Below, one piece after another: positions 39,675 through 50,212 of a DNA stretch of 64,000 nucleotides; the first letter of the stretch is position 1, and each line of letters starts with the position of its first letter. The stretch is from an uncultured bacterium (GTDB taxonomy: Bacteria > Omnitrophota > Omnitrophia > Omnitrophales > CAZLUT01): NCBI GenBank assembly GCA_964562805.1, contig CAZLUT010000002.1:1172-65171 (forward strand). The letters are read 5' to 3'. The notes below the pieces were generated by a model that worked only from the letters and a program-made list of their open reading frames with translations, had not been told where the DNA came from and searched no databases. The position numbers and the translations under genes were made by a program.

Positions 39675-41234
39675 ATGAAAATTATAAAAAACGTTCTTAT
39701 TAATTTAACAGTTGCTGCTGTCAGTATTGTTTTGGTCTTTGGCGGCCTAGAATTTAGCTATAGAACCTTTGCTAGTGAGCGGGTATCCACATATTTTGAT
39801 GAGCAAACCGAAAAAGCCCTAGGGAAACCTGTTCCTAAGAAAGGAAAGGACGAATATCGTATTTTTATATTTGGCGGCTCATCGGCGTATGGATTTCCGG
39901 TTTCAGATCGTTTTTCGATCGCCGCTTGGCTCAGAAAAAGTTTCCCGCATTTGCTCCCCCAAAAAAAGGTAACGGTTATTAATTGTGCTTGGCCAGGGAA
40001 GTCTAGCCATCATGTTTTGGAGGGTGCCCGCACTGTTTTAAAGTATAAGCCGGATTTATTTATTATTTTTGAGGGACATAATGATGTGACCGTAAGCAAC
40101 CGTTTATACCTTGATAATTGGCTTTATTGGCTCAATTTCAGGATATTTTATGCAAGCCATGCTTACCAGTATTTGCATAAGAGACTTAGCCGGATGCGTA
40201 AGAAGCTGGTTTATGGCCGTGCCGGGCATGTCGAAAAGCAGCATCGAGAAGAGGTGATTGCGCAAAAAGTTTACAAAGAAGAAGGGTTTGATGAAGCCGA
40301 GTATGATCGCATCCTAAATCGCTGGGCAAAGAACATGGAGAGTGTCGTTAAGATCGCAGAAAGAAATGCGATCTCGGTTATGTTTTTAAGCATGCCGTCA
40401 AACATCCGCGATATTCCTCCTGCCCAATCGTCTCACCGCTCGGATTTGAGTCCTGCACAGCTTCAAAGTTGGAAACTTTTGTTCAATGAGGGCGGGAAAT
40501 ACGAAAAAGAAGGCAAATGGAAGGAGGCTCTCAAGTCTTTTCAAATGGCAGCAGGCATCGACCCGACTTACGCAGGACTCCAATATTATATGGGGCGTGT
40601 TTATGAGGGAATGGGAAAATATGAGAAGGCGAAGGAACATTATGTTTTAGCGCGTGACTTGGACAGGCTTTCAATCCGATCTAAGACGAAATTGAACAGT
40701 AGAATGAAAGAGATTGTCGATAAAAATAACCTGCCATTTGTCGATGTGGTCGGGATCTTGGAAAAGGTATCGCCTAATGGGATCATTTCAAGTGAATTAA
40801 TTTATGATGATGTCCACCCAACTGTGGTGGCGCAGCAAATGATAACGGACCAGATATTAAGAGAGCTGTGGCAAAAAGGCGAAGTGGATCCTTCGTCCGA
40901 ATGGTATTGGGAAAAATTGAAAGAAGCTAAGCAGGGTGAGGAATGGAAGGTTGATGGCGGAGTTGATGGTTACCGATATGTTCTTCAAGGGCTGTATCTT
41001 TGGGAGCATGATTATTGCAAGGAGGCAATACCGGAACTTAAAAAAAGTCTTGAAAAAATGCCCTCATTTATCGATTCGTACGCATTTTTAGGCGATTGTT
41101 ATATGAGGACAGATAACAAAAAGAAGGCTGCCGAAAGTTTTAATAAGCTCAAATCTGAAAACAAAGAGCACTTCGATAAGCTGATTGAAAAATACCCCCA
41201 GCTTAAAGAAAGCTATTCAAGGTCGATTGATTAA
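39675..41234 (+). CDS. Membrane-anchored SGNH/GDSL hydrolase-fold protein with TPR repeats
   Basis: N-terminal TM; blocks FGGSS, NCAWPG, GHND, DDVHP; TPR-like segments inserted before block V and at the C-terminus. Confidence 0.75.
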   Translation: MKIIKNVLINLTVAAVSIVLVFGGLEFSYRTFASERVSTYFDEQTEKALGKPVPKKGKDEYRIFIFGGSSAYGFPVSDRFSIAAWLRKSFPHLLPQKKVTVINCAWPGKSSHHVLEGARTVLKYKPDLFIIFEGHNDVTVSNRLYLDNWLYWLNFRIFYASHAYQYLHKRLSRMRKKLVYGRAGHVEKQHREEVIAQKVYKEEGFDEAEYDRILNRWAKNMESVVKIAERNAISVMFLSMPSNIRDIPPAQSSHRSDLSPAQLQSWKLLFNEGGKYEKEGKWKEALKSFQMAAGIDPTYAGLQYYMGRVYEGMGKYEKAKEHYVLARDLDRLSIRSKTKLNSRMKEIVDKNNLPFVDVVGILEKVSPNGIISSELIYDDVHPTVVAQQMITDQILRELWQKGEVDPSSEWYWEKLKEAKQGEEWKVDGGVDGYRYVLQGLYLWEHDYCKEAIPELKKSLEKMPSFIDSYAFLGDCYMRTDNKKKAAESFNKLKSENKEHFDKLIEKYPQLKESYSRSID

Positions 41235-41983
41235 TGGCTATTTCGGCTGTCATCATTGCTTGCGATGAAGAAAAAAAGATTGAGGAATGCCTTCGTTCTA
41301 TTGATTGGGTAGATGAAATTATTCTTGTTGATGCTGAAAGTAAAGATAAAACGGCTGAAATAGCAAAGCGATACCGCGCTAAAGTTTACCAGCGGGTATT
41401 TGATAATTTTTCAAATCAAAAAAATTATGGCCTTCGTGAAGCAAAGGGAGACTGGATATTATCGATTGATGCCGATGAAAGAGTAACGCCCGAGCTTCGC
41501 GAGTCTCTCGAATTTATAAATCTTAACGGCTCAGCCTGTAATGGATTTTATTTATTAAGAAAAAACCAGATATTTGGAAAATATTTTTATTTTGGAGGAA
41601 ATGGTCCTGAAAAACTACTTCGTTTTTTTAAGAAAGGAATGGGCTGGTTTGAACGGCCTGTTCATGAAAAGGTAGTTGTGGATGGAAAAATAGGAGAGGT
41701 AAAGGGAGAGCTGCTTCACCTTAGCACCACTTCTTTTACTGATTACAAACGAAAACTTCATTTGTATACAAAATTTGAGGCCGAAAAAATGGCTGAAAAT
41801 AAAATGAACGCAAACTTTTCTGATATTTGGCTGAAGCCAATGGCTCGGTTTTTTTATTTTTATTTAGTTAAATTGGGTTTTTTAGATGGGTTGAAGGGAC
41901 TTTTTTACCAAGCTTTATCTTCTTATTACTTGCATTTGAAATATCAAAAATTAAAAAAGATGCTGAAAGCACAGAAAATATAA
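41234..41983 (+). CDS. Glycosyltransferase family 2 (WaaE/KdtX-like)
   Basis: ISAVIIA.DEE, QKNYGL, IDADERV, VHE, GFLDGLKG. Confidence 0.9.
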   Translation: MAISAVIIACDEEKKIEECLRSIDWVDEIILVDAESKDKTAEIAKRYRAKVYQRVFDNFSNQKNYGLREAKGDWILSIDADERVTPELRESLEFINLNGSACNGFYLLRKNQIFGKYFYFGGNGPEKLLRFFKKGMGWFERPVHEKVVVDGKIGEVKGELLHLSTTSFTDYKRKLHLYTKFEAEKMAENKMNANFSDIWLKPMARFFYFYLVKLGFLDGLKGLFYQALSSYYLHLKYQKLKKMLKAQKI

Positions 41984-41985
41984 AT

Positions 41986-43062
41986 ATGAGAATAGGCGTT
42001 GATATTCAAGCAGCAAAAGGAAAGGTTACTGGGTTAGGGGTTTATGCGAAGTGTTTGTCGGAAGCTTTGCCTAGACGAAACAAGGGAAACCATAATGTCA
42101 GCTTTTTGAATGCCAAGCAAGATGGGGACTGGAACACCATTGAAAGGCTCTTTTGGGAAAATTGGACATTACCCAAACTAGCTAAAGAAAATCAGATTGA
42201 TTTGTTACACGTAACTGCTTATGCGCCGCCTTTTCACAAAACGTGCAAGCTGGTAGTGACCGTCCATGATTTGATTGGGATGGCATTTCCTAATCAATTA
42301 GGGTGGCCAAGCCGATTGTATTGGGGGTATTGGCTGCCGCAGGCGGTCAAAAAAGCAGACAGGATCATTGCGGACTCAGAACATACAAAAAAAGACATCA
42401 TAAAATTTCTTAAAATTCCAGCTGGAAAAATCAAAGTTATTTATTTAGCTCCTCCGCAGGGATTTAAAACAATAAGAGATTCATTGAATATAGGAAAAAT
42501 TAAAAGCCGGCTAGGCATTCAAAAAGAATATTTTTTAACAGTTGGGACTTTGGAGCCACGGAAGAATTTTATCAGAGCGTTAAAAGCATTTTCTAGGTTT
42601 AAATCAGAAACTCAAGATAAGAGGTTTCAATTAGTTGTAGCGGGATCTAAGAATTTTGCTCACAGTGCATATTTCGAAGAACATTTTAAACCCTTTATGT
42701 CAGAAGATATTGTTTTCACAGGATATGTGTCGAATGAAGATTTGAATGAGCTTTATTCATCTGCTTGCGCTTTTTTATTTCCGTCTCTTTATGAAGGGTT
42801 CGGATTTCCTGTTTTAGAAGCTTTTTCTTCTGGAACAGCTGTTTTGACATCTCGAGCCACCTCTTTGCCTGAGGTGGCAGGCGAGGCGGCTTTATATGTC
42901 GACCCTTTAAATATAGACGATATTACCAAGGGTATTAAAATTCTTGCCGAAGACGAAACTTTGAGAGAAAAATTAGTCGGTAAAGGGCTGGAAAGAGTTA
43001 AGGAATTTTCATGGGAAAAAACAGCGGATGAAACGATAAAGGTATATGAGGAGTTATCATGA
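41986..43062 (+). CDS. Glycosyltransferase family 4 (mannosyltransferase-like)
   Basis: VTVHDL, VGTLEPRKN, FPSLYEGFGFPVLEA, SLPEVAG, FSWEKTA. Confidence 0.92.
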   Translation: MRIGVDIQAAKGKVTGLGVYAKCLSEALPRRNKGNHNVSFLNAKQDGDWNTIERLFWENWTLPKLAKENQIDLLHVTAYAPPFHKTCKLVVTVHDLIGMAFPNQLGWPSRLYWGYWLPQAVKKADRIIADSEHTKKDIIKFLKIPAGKIKVIYLAPPQGFKTIRDSLNIGKIKSRLGIQKEYFLTVGTLEPRKNFIRALKAFSRFKSETQDKRFQLVVAGSKNFAHSAYFEEHFKPFMSEDIVFTGYVSNEDLNELYSSACAFLFPSLYEGFGFPVLEAFSSGTAVLTSRATSLPEVAGEAALYVDPLNIDDITKGIKILAEDETLREKLVGKGLERVKEFSWEKTADETIKVYEELS

Positions 43063-43754
43063 AATTATCAAATGAAGATCAAGCGGTATTAAAAAACATT
43101 CAATCTGAATATGATCATCTGTTTGAAACTGATCCTATTCGCGACGAAGACAGGGCTTATCAATGGTTTACGAATCAAGTGTTTAAAAATAAACCCGAGG
43201 CGGTTAGCTTATTAGACATCGCCTGCGGAGCGGGATATTTTCTAAAAAATTTGAAAGAAAAATTCGGTTCCGCCTGTTCATTGAATGGAATTGATTTTTC
43301 ATCCAAAGCGCTTGAACTTGCAAAAAACGAATGTCCCGGAGCTTCACTTTACCAGGGGCCGGCCGAAGACCTGCCTTTTGAAAAAGAAGCTTTCGATGCT
43401 GTTACCTGCCTGGGAAGTTTGGAGCATTTTTTTAATGCTGAAGGGGCTTTAAATGAAATGAAGAGGGTATCTAAGCCGGGCGCTCGCGTGTTTATTTTGG
43501 TTCCCAATATTTTTTGGTATAAAGATTTTTTGTCGGTGCTTTTTACAGGTACCCGAAAAACGCGTAATCAGTCTCATGAGACGTTTTTGAGTTTGGGAGA
43601 GTGGAAAGATGTTCTGGTGAAGGGCGGGTTAAAAGTAGTAAAAACTGAAAAATATAACGGTATTGCCAAGGCTAAATGGAAGCAAACGATTAAAGATCTG
43701 GTGATCCCAACTCGATTCTCTTACCATTTTTTATTCGTTTGCACTGTTGATTGA
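43059..43754 (+). CDS. Class I SAM-dependent methyltransferase
   Basis: LLDIACGAG, AEDLPF...FDAV, SLEH, KPG. Confidence 0.88.
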   Translation: MKLSNEDQAVLKNIQSEYDHLFETDPIRDEDRAYQWFTNQVFKNKPEAVSLLDIACGAGYFLKNLKEKFGSACSLNGIDFSSKALELAKNECPGASLYQGPAEDLPFEKEAFDAVTCLGSLEHFFNAEGALNEMKRVSKPGARVFILVPNIFWYKDFLSVLFTGTRKTRNQSHETFLSLGEWKDVLVKGGLKVVKTEKYNGIAKAKWKQTIKDLVIPTRFSYHFLFVCTVD

Positions 43755-43757
43755 AAA

Positions 43758-44288
43758 ATGAAAATCAAGCGTCTTAGCCGTAAAAAAATTGCCAAAGGGT
43801 ATTGTTTTGAAATGGTTACTGATCGTGTGGTGTGGCCAAATAGAAAAGTGTTAAAACGCGACCTGATCATTCATGGCGGTATTAGCGTTATTGTTCCTGT
43901 TGTGGACAAAAAAAATCTGATTTTAATTCGCCAGTTTCGCTACGGAGTGGCTGGTTATATTTGGGAGGCGCCGGCGGGGACTATTGCAAAAAATGAGACG
44001 CCGCTTGCATGTGCCAAGCGCGAAATTTCTGAAGAAATTGGTTATAAAGCAAAAACCTGGAAAAAGCTTGGCCGATGTTTTACATCGCCCGGCTATAACA
44101 CAGAAATCATTCATTGTTTTGCCGCATCCCGCTTAAAAGAGACGCAAACCCAACTTGAGGAAGATGAGGTTTTGAGAGCAGAAATTTTTTCGATGGACGA
44201 AGTGAAGCAAATGATTAATTCTAAAAAAATTCAGGATGCCAAAACCTTACTTGCCCTTTCTTATTTTTTTGCGGGCAAGAATAAATAA
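43758..44288 (+). CDS. NUDIX hydrolase (ADP-ribose/NDP-sugar pyrophosphatase-like)
   Basis: Complete Nudix box GTIAKNETPLACAKREISEEIG; QFRY, SPG, DAKT. Confidence 0.92.
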   Translation: MKIKRLSRKKIAKGYCFEMVTDRVVWPNRKVLKRDLIIHGGISVIVPVVDKKNLILIRQFRYGVAGYIWEAPAGTIAKNETPLACAKREISEEIGYKAKTWKKLGRCFTSPGYNTEIIHCFAASRLKETQTQLEEDEVLRAEIFSMDEVKQMINSKKIQDAKTLLALSYFFAGKNK

Positions 44289-44294
44289 GATTAA

Positions 44295-45068
44295 TTACTT
44301 TTTACTTGTCTTAATCAAGAGAATCGTAGCAAATTTTCTTGGGATCACTCTAGCTTCAAGCCAAGCAATCCCCATATAAAAAGCATTAAGGACCTTAAAG
44401 CATCCGGCAAACAAAGGATTAACAGGCTTGTTTTGCGGAGTTTTTTGGAGGGCAGTTATTTTCTTTCTTTTAATTTTTAAATCAAAAATTGTAACGGCAA
44501 GCCACATAGCTATTTTATCCAGAAAGCCAACGACCTTTTTAATCTCGATAGGCTCAAGTTTCGCAGCGTTCAAATTTTGAGTCAACTCATCGAGATTATA
44601 ACGTCGGTAATGCTCAACAAATTTATCGTCCTTGGCATAATAAAATTTCTGATGCGGAATGGTGACAATTAATTTACCGCCTGTTTTTGTGATCCGGCTT
44701 AACTCATTAATGGCTTTTTGGTCATCTTTCAAATGTTCTAAAACTTCTGAGGAAAGAGTATGGCTAAAAGCACCGTCTTTAAAAGGAAGCCGCGCTGCAT
44801 CAGCCGCCACATAAAGTCCTTTTTGATTAATTTTTCTTAAAGCCCTAAGAGCGTTTAATGAAAGATCAGAATACACAATTTTTTCCGTTTTGGTCATGAC
44901 AGGTGACATGCCGGAGCCTATTTCGCCGATTAAGTCGTAGTTTTCATTTTTCAATGAATTTTCAACAGCTCGTTTTCTGAGGCGATAATTGTAAAGATAA
45001 TTTTTGAGCGCGACATAGTTGTCTTCTGTAAAAAAATCATCAAATCGATTATCGTGACCTTGAGTCAT
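44295..45068 (-). CDS. Class I SAM-dependent methyltransferase
   Basis: EIGSG, DAARLPFKDGAF, SEVLEHL, HYRRY. Confidence 0.85.
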   Translation of the reverse strand: MTQGHDNRFDDFFTEDNYVALKNYLYNYRLRKRAVENSLKNENYDLIGEIGSGMSPVMTKTEKIVYSDLSLNALRALRKINQKGLYVAADAARLPFKDGAFSHTLSSEVLEHLKDDQKAINELSRITKTGGKLIVTIPHQKFYYAKDDKFVEHYRRYNLDELTQNLNAAKLEPIEIKKVVGFLDKIAMWLAVTIFDLKIKRKKITALQKTPQNKPVNPLFAGCFKVLNAFYMGIAWLEARVIPRKFATILLIKTSKK

Positions 45069-45081
45069 TAATTTGCAGAAA

Positions 45082-45858
45082 TTAGGAGGTTAAAAAAAGG
45101 CGTTTATTTTGGTCAGTTCTTTTTTCAAAAATGGGGAAGTGACAAAAACCCAGCTTTTCCAGCAAGTACTTAACGCTAGTTCCTAAAACACCCAACCCAT
45201 ACTTGATGGAGCGGCTAAAGTTGATCGAGGAAGCTTCAGGGAAATATTTGGTAGGACAGGAAATTTCACCAATGCGGTAATTAAAAAAAGCTGCCTGAGC
45301 CAAAAATTGATTATCAAAAATGAAGTCGTTGCTATTGGCTTCAAGGGGCAAATTTTCCAAAACACGCCGGTGGAAAGCGCGGTATCCCGTGTGGTATTCA
45401 GATAATTTCTCTCCCAATAATAAGTTTTGCGTCAGGGTTAAGAATCGATTTGCGATATATTTATGAAGGGGCATTCCGCCTCTTAATGTGGTGTTGCCCA
45501 GAATTCGTGATCCTAAAACCACGTCGTAAATGCCGGATGCGATCATGGCAGTCATTGCCGTTATCAATTTAGGGGTATATTGGTAATCAGGATGCATCAT
45601 TACCACAATATCAGCCTCACGTTTAAGGGCTTCCAGGTAGCAGGTTTTTTGATTAGCTCCATAGCCTTTGTTATGAGGGTGAATAACGGTAGTGATCCCA
45701 AGTTTTTTTGCCACTCTTAAAGTTCCATCGCTTGAAGCATCGTCAACCAGAATAATATTGTCTACATAGTCAAAAGGTATTTCCTGATAAGTTGTTTCCA
45801 ATGTTCGCTCAGCATTGTAAGCCGGCATCACAACAATAACTTTTTGCCCTAAAATCAC
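45082..45858 (-). CDS. GT2 polyprenol-phosphate glycosyltransferase
   Basis: [44 protein letters not shown]. Confidence 0.9.
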   Translation of the reverse strand: MILGQKVIVVMPAYNAERTLETTYQEIPFDYVDNIILVDDASSDGTLRVAKKLGITTVIHPHNKGYGANQKTCYLEALKREADIVVMMHPDYQYTPKLITAMTAMIASGIYDVVLGSRILGNTTLRGGMPLHKYIANRFLTLTQNLLLGEKLSEYHTGYRAFHRRVLENLPLEANSNDFIFDNQFLAQAAFFNYRIGEISCPTKYFPEASSINFSRSIKYGLGVLGTSVKYLLEKLGFCHFPIFEKRTDQNKRLFLTS

Positions 45859-47576
45859 ATCGAATACCTTTCGTGCTGAGATCCATGGTAATGAATCGGG
45901 TTTAAAAACTCTTCATATTGAAACTGCTTAGCTTTACGTTTCAACAAGACTCTCTCGCCGTCATCGTAAATTAATTCTAAATCAGAATCTTTTTTAAGCT
46001 TATTAATCTTATCATTAATCCAATTTTTGTCATAAGGATAAGCGTTAACCGAACGGGCAAAGAAGTAGCAATCCGCATTGTTGTAGATCGGGTTATAAGG
46101 ATGCCCCTTTTTTTCATAAGGCCCTGAAAAATACATATTAAATTTTTTATAACCAATATAGGGAAGCAGGTGGCCTTGTGTTGCAACGATTGCCTGAGGA
46201 GGCAATTTTGAAATTTCAGAGATTGTTTTTATTTGAAAAGCATTAATGCTATGGCTAAGAAAATTTCCACCGGAAAGTAAGAGTAGAATAAGGAAAAAGC
46301 CCCGCAAAAAATATTCTTGCCATGAAAATTTATTTAGCCAGTTGGACAAGTTTCTAAGTCCTGATACGAAAGCAAAGAATAGAAAAGGAATGACTACAGC
46401 TGAGTAATGAAAGCGCAAATCAGAAAAATGTCCGTGCTCATCGTTCCACATACAAAAAGGAGGAATAAGTGCGGCCAGCACCATCAAATACCAAGGAGAA
46501 AGGAGAGGTAAGAACAATGTTAATTGAAGCAGTTTTAACTGTGTCTTAATTTTGGCATACGGCCAGAAAAGATTTTCTATTAAAACCCAGGGGTGAGTTA
46601 AATAATAAATTAAAACTTCTTTTGAGTTGGAGCCGACATCTTGGAAATTATTTGTTGAGCCCGCTAAAATGTTACTTCCCGTAAAAGGCAGAAAAATTTG
46701 CGTAAGAAAAAGAGCGTATAGTGTAGAAAGGGCTATAGAGACAAGCCCGAACCTGCGCTTTCCTTTAAAGAAAAGAAAAAATAAGCCGAGAGCCAGCACG
46801 TAAAGCGCAGCATCTTCCTTGACTAGCAGTATCAATATTATTGAGAAAATGTAGCTTTTAAATTTATTGCAAACAAAAAAGTAGAGTGCGGTAAAAATCA
46901 GGAGCGGATAAAAAGCCTCAACCAAAAAATTCATTTCTAATAAGTTTAGAAGATAGCGAAAATTTAAATATAGAAAAGCTATTGCAAGAGGTAGCCAAGT
47001 GTTCGGAAAAATACGGCGGGCGAGCAAAAAAAGAGGCAGTGCTCCCAGCGCCAAAAGAGGGCCGTAGACAACAATTAGAAACAAAGAATTTTTAAATAGG
47101 AGCCAGAACGGAGCGAAAATGTAGAGAACATTGTTTGCGTGATAAAACCAATGGAGCATGCCGGTAAAATTAATCTTACCTTGCCAGAAATAATGCAGCA
47201 TGTAGTCGTAAAAAGAAAATGGAAGGAAATTGATGTTTGCAGTCAAATAAGATGTGATTTGATTCCACAGAAAAAGGATGCTGTAGACGCTTATCAGAAC
47301 AGCAATTCCTTTGTAGCCCCGAGACCATTTTGTGAGATTGGTAAATATAGTGTTAACCCAAATCTTTCGGTTTGGATGAATGAGAACCCCAGCAGTTACT
47401 AGAATGAGAAAAAATTGATAAATTTTCCTTATAGATTTACTGCCAAAAACTTTCGGCAGCCACTCAGGGGCCGGATACCCGGCGATAATCATAATCAGAC
47501 ATAAAACTCCTGTGAATCCTGCTAAAAAGAGTATTGATGTTGAGATGGTTTTTAAGGCAGTATTAGGCTTAATCAT
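45855..47576 (-). CDS. DUF2079-like GT-C membrane protein
   Basis: Polytopic; LLVKEDAAL and [10 protein letters not shown] motifs; co-oriented with a polyprenol-P GT2. Confidence 0.65.
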   Translation of the reverse strand: MIKPNTALKTISTSILFLAGFTGVLCLIMIIAGYPAPEWLPKVFGSKSIRKIYQFFLILVTAGVLIHPNRKIWVNTIFTNLTKWSRGYKGIAVLISVYSILFLWNQITSYLTANINFLPFSFYDYMLHYFWQGKINFTGMLHWFYHANNVLYIFAPFWLLFKNSLFLIVVYGPLLALGALPLFLLARRIFPNTWLPLAIAFLYLNFRYLLNLLEMNFLVEAFYPLLIFTALYFFVCNKFKSYIFSIILILLVKEDAALYVLALGLFFLFFKGKRRFGLVSIALSTLYALFLTQIFLPFTGSNILAGSTNNFQDVGSNSKEVLIYYLTHPWVLIENLFWPYAKIKTQLKLLQLTLFLPLLSPWYLMVLAALIPPFCMWNDEHGHFSDLRFHYSAVVIPFLFFAFVSGLRNLSNWLNKFSWQEYFLRGFFLILLLLSGGNFLSHSINAFQIKTISEISKLPPQAIVATQGHLLPYIGYKKFNMYFSGPYEKKGHPYNPIYNNADCYFFARSVNAYPYDKNWINDKINKLKKDSDLELIYDDGERVLLKRKAKQFQYEEFLNPIHYHGSQHERYSM

Positions 47577-47684
47577 TGGGGAAGTTTATCGAAAATATAT
47601 TAAATATTAAAGATATAAAGATAGGAACAGGTGATTTACGGCGAAATAAACGATATAATCCCGGCAAAACGAAAGCGGATACTA

Positions 47685-49259
47685 ATGAAAGAAAATTATT
47701 TAGCCGGATTTGAAGGAAAGATCGCGAAGCTGTTAACACTCCTCGATAGAAACCCCTATTCAAAAACATGCGGGTGTTTTGACCGCAATTTTTGGCACTA
47801 TAAAATAAAAGATTTTCCCTCAGGAATGTCTCAAGAGTTTGCTTTAGCTCTAGCTTTGGTTCATGAACTTAAAGATTCGGCCAACCCTTTTTACAAAAAA
47901 GAAACGCTTGCATCATATGTGGCTTCAGCGATTCAATATGCTCATGTCTCATCACGGAAAGATGGATCTTGTGATGATTATTTCCCTTATGAAAGGGCGT
48001 TAGGGGCAGCCGTCTTTTCTCTTTATGCTCTTACGGAGTCTTATTTGCTTTTAGACTTGGGCAATAAGGACCATATTGATTTTTTTAAATTGCGTGCCAA
48101 ATGGATCATGACAAATGATGAATCGGGACGCCTTTCAAATCATCACGCTATTGCGGCCCTTGCCCTTTATAACGTTTATCTGATCACGAATGATGCTATT
48201 TTTAAGAAAGCGGCCCAGAAAAAGGTAGAGCAAGTTCTCGAGTGGCAAAATGAAGAGGGGTGGTACGAGGAGTATGAGGGCTGTGACCCGGGTTATTTGA
48301 CGGTTTCCATTGATTTTCTTGCGCAATATTACAAAAAAACAGAAGATGCGAAAGTGTTAGCCTCATTAGAAAAGGCTCTAGATTTCTTTTATCAAATCCA
48401 AAATCCTGACGGGACATTGAGCCCGGAGGTCGGATCACGATTCACGGCTATTTTTCATCCTAATGGGTTTGAAATATTAGCCGAAAAATTTGAAAAAGCA
48501 GCCCGGGTGGCTAATTCCTATTTATCTGCCAAGATTGGAAATCGACTGCCTGATATGAGTGATGATTATGTCATAGGGCATATGCTGATATCTGAGCTAA
48601 ATGCTTTTAAGAATTTTAAACGGAGAGATGTCTCTCACCTTAACACTTCATTCGAAACACAAAAGAGTTTGTATTATAAAAAGGCCGGTCTTTTTATTCG
48701 AAGCAATGGAAAAAAATGGGCAATTTTTAATCTTTTAAAAGGAGGATCAGGCAGGATCTATGATGAAGGTAAGCTTGTTTACAGCGATTCGGGCGTGGTA
48801 GCTAAAAAAGGAAAGGGGCTTCTCGTTTCTGCGATGGTGGATCCTGAAGCTATGATACAGATCCGTGAGAATGGTTTTGTCGTGCGTAAACACTTGATGA
48901 TCTATGCGCAAAAATACGCGACGCCACTCATTTTTTTATTATTTCGTCAATTCCTTTTCTTCTTCGGTCCATTTAAGAGGTCAAGCCAACGTTTAAGAAA
49001 GTTTTTACAGAAAAAAATGATCCTTGGCAAAAAACCGGCCGTTGCTTTCTATGAAAGAGGTATTTCTTTTAGCGGAGAAGAGATCGTGATAAAAGATCGA
49101 ATCGAAAAAAGCGAAGGAATTACTAAAGCCTCCTTAAGTCAAAGCCTTGTCCCGCGTTACATTGCTGTTTCTGAATGTTTTGAAATAGAGTCTCTTAACA
49201 GAAAATTTATTCCTTTGGAGGGTAAGGGCGGGATTTTTGAGAAATCTCAGGTCGTTTAA
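47685..49259 (+). CDS. Hypothetical soluble protein, possibly alpha/alpha-barrel lyase/epimerase-like
   Basis: Long ORF (ATG 47685; alternative GTG 47631); GCFDRNFWHYK, LSNHHA and GWYEEYEGCDPGY motifs. Confidence 0.55.
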   Translation: MKENYLAGFEGKIAKLLTLLDRNPYSKTCGCFDRNFWHYKIKDFPSGMSQEFALALALVHELKDSANPFYKKETLASYVASAIQYAHVSSRKDGSCDDYFPYERALGAAVFSLYALTESYLLLDLGNKDHIDFFKLRAKWIMTNDESGRLSNHHAIAALALYNVYLITNDAIFKKAAQKKVEQVLEWQNEEGWYEEYEGCDPGYLTVSIDFLAQYYKKTEDAKVLASLEKALDFFYQIQNPDGTLSPEVGSRFTAIFHPNGFEILAEKFEKAARVANSYLSAKIGNRLPDMSDDYVIGHMLISELNAFKNFKRRDVSHLNTSFETQKSLYYKKAGLFIRSNGKKWAIFNLLKGGSGRIYDEGKLVYSDSGVVAKKGKGLLVSAMVDPEAMIQIRENGFVVRKHLMIYAQKYATPLIFLLFRQFLFFFGPFKRSSQRLRKFLQKKMILGKKPAVAFYERGISFSGEEIVIKDRIEKSEGITKASLSQSLVPRYIAVSECFEIESLNRKFIPLEGKGGIFEKSQVV

Positions 49260-50212
49260 TGAAAAAAAGATTTCTTTCACTTCTTTTAACGCTTTTGATC
49301 TTCTCCCTGATCTTTAAAAGCATCGATCTTAATTCATTCAAAGAAGCTGTAACCCAGATTAATTACCGTTATTTATTACTGGCTTTAAGTTATTTTTTAA
49401 TCTATCCATTTATTGGAATTGAACGTTGGCGTCGCATGGTGACCGCGCGCTACCCTTTTAAATTTAAGGAAGCATTCAAGATTTATTTTATAGGCGAGTC
49501 GCTGAATCTCGCCCTGCCTTCCAAAGCCGGAGATCTTTCTAAGGGGTATTTTCTTAAGAAGGCCGGAGTATCGTCTTTCTCCTATGGCTTAAGCACAGTG
49601 GTTTTTGAAAAGCTTTTGGACTTTTTGTCGCTCGGATTTGCTTTTTTGATCGGGTTGCTGTTTATTCACGGCAGCGGGGAATTTGTCGGAAAGATAATTT
49701 CGATTATTGCGCTTTTTGGCGCGGCTTTTATCTTTTTCTTATTTTTAGACAAAATGAGATTTATTCGAGGCCTTCTTTACAAGTTCAAGTTAAAAAAGAT
49801 ATTAAGATCATTTCGAGACATTATATCTTTCGTTAGGGTCATTAAAAAAAACCATCACCGGGTTTTGTTTTTTTCTCTCATTTTTGTTTCGATCATTTTT
49901 TGGCTGGGGCATTTTTTTCAAATATGGCTGTTTTTTAAAGCCGCCAATATGGACATTACTTTTTTACAGGTTCTTTTTTATGTGCCTATTGCTATTTTTG
50001 TGACCCTCATTCCGATTACGATTGCTGGGATGGGGACCCGGGATGCGATGCTGATTTTTTTACTTCAAGGCTTTATACCACGTGCCACGATTGTTTTGGG
50101 TGGACTTCTTATAACGCTTCGTTATTTTATCCCCGCGGCGTTTGGTTTGCTGTTTATTAAGAATGCGGTCGACTATGTAAAGATCAAAAAACCCAAACGA
50201 ATTAAAAAATGA
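49259..50212 (+). CDS. Lysylphosphatidylglycerol-synthase TM (UPF0104) flippase-like protein
   Basis: RWR, LPSKAGD, EKLLD, IPITIAGMGTRD. Confidence 0.85.
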   Translation: MKKRFLSLLLTLLIFSLIFKSIDLNSFKEAVTQINYRYLLLALSYFLIYPFIGIERWRRMVTARYPFKFKEAFKIYFIGESLNLALPSKAGDLSKGYFLKKAGVSSFSYGLSTVVFEKLLDFLSLGFAFLIGLLFIHGSGEFVGKIISIIALFGAAFIFFLFLDKMRFIRGLLYKFKLKKILRSFRDIISFVRVIKKNHHRVLFFSLIFVSIIFWLGHFFQIWLFFKAANMDITFLQVLFYVPIAIFVTLIPITIAGMGTRDAMLIFLLQGFIPRATIVLGGLLITLRYFIPAAFGLLFIKNAVDYVKIKKPKRIKK

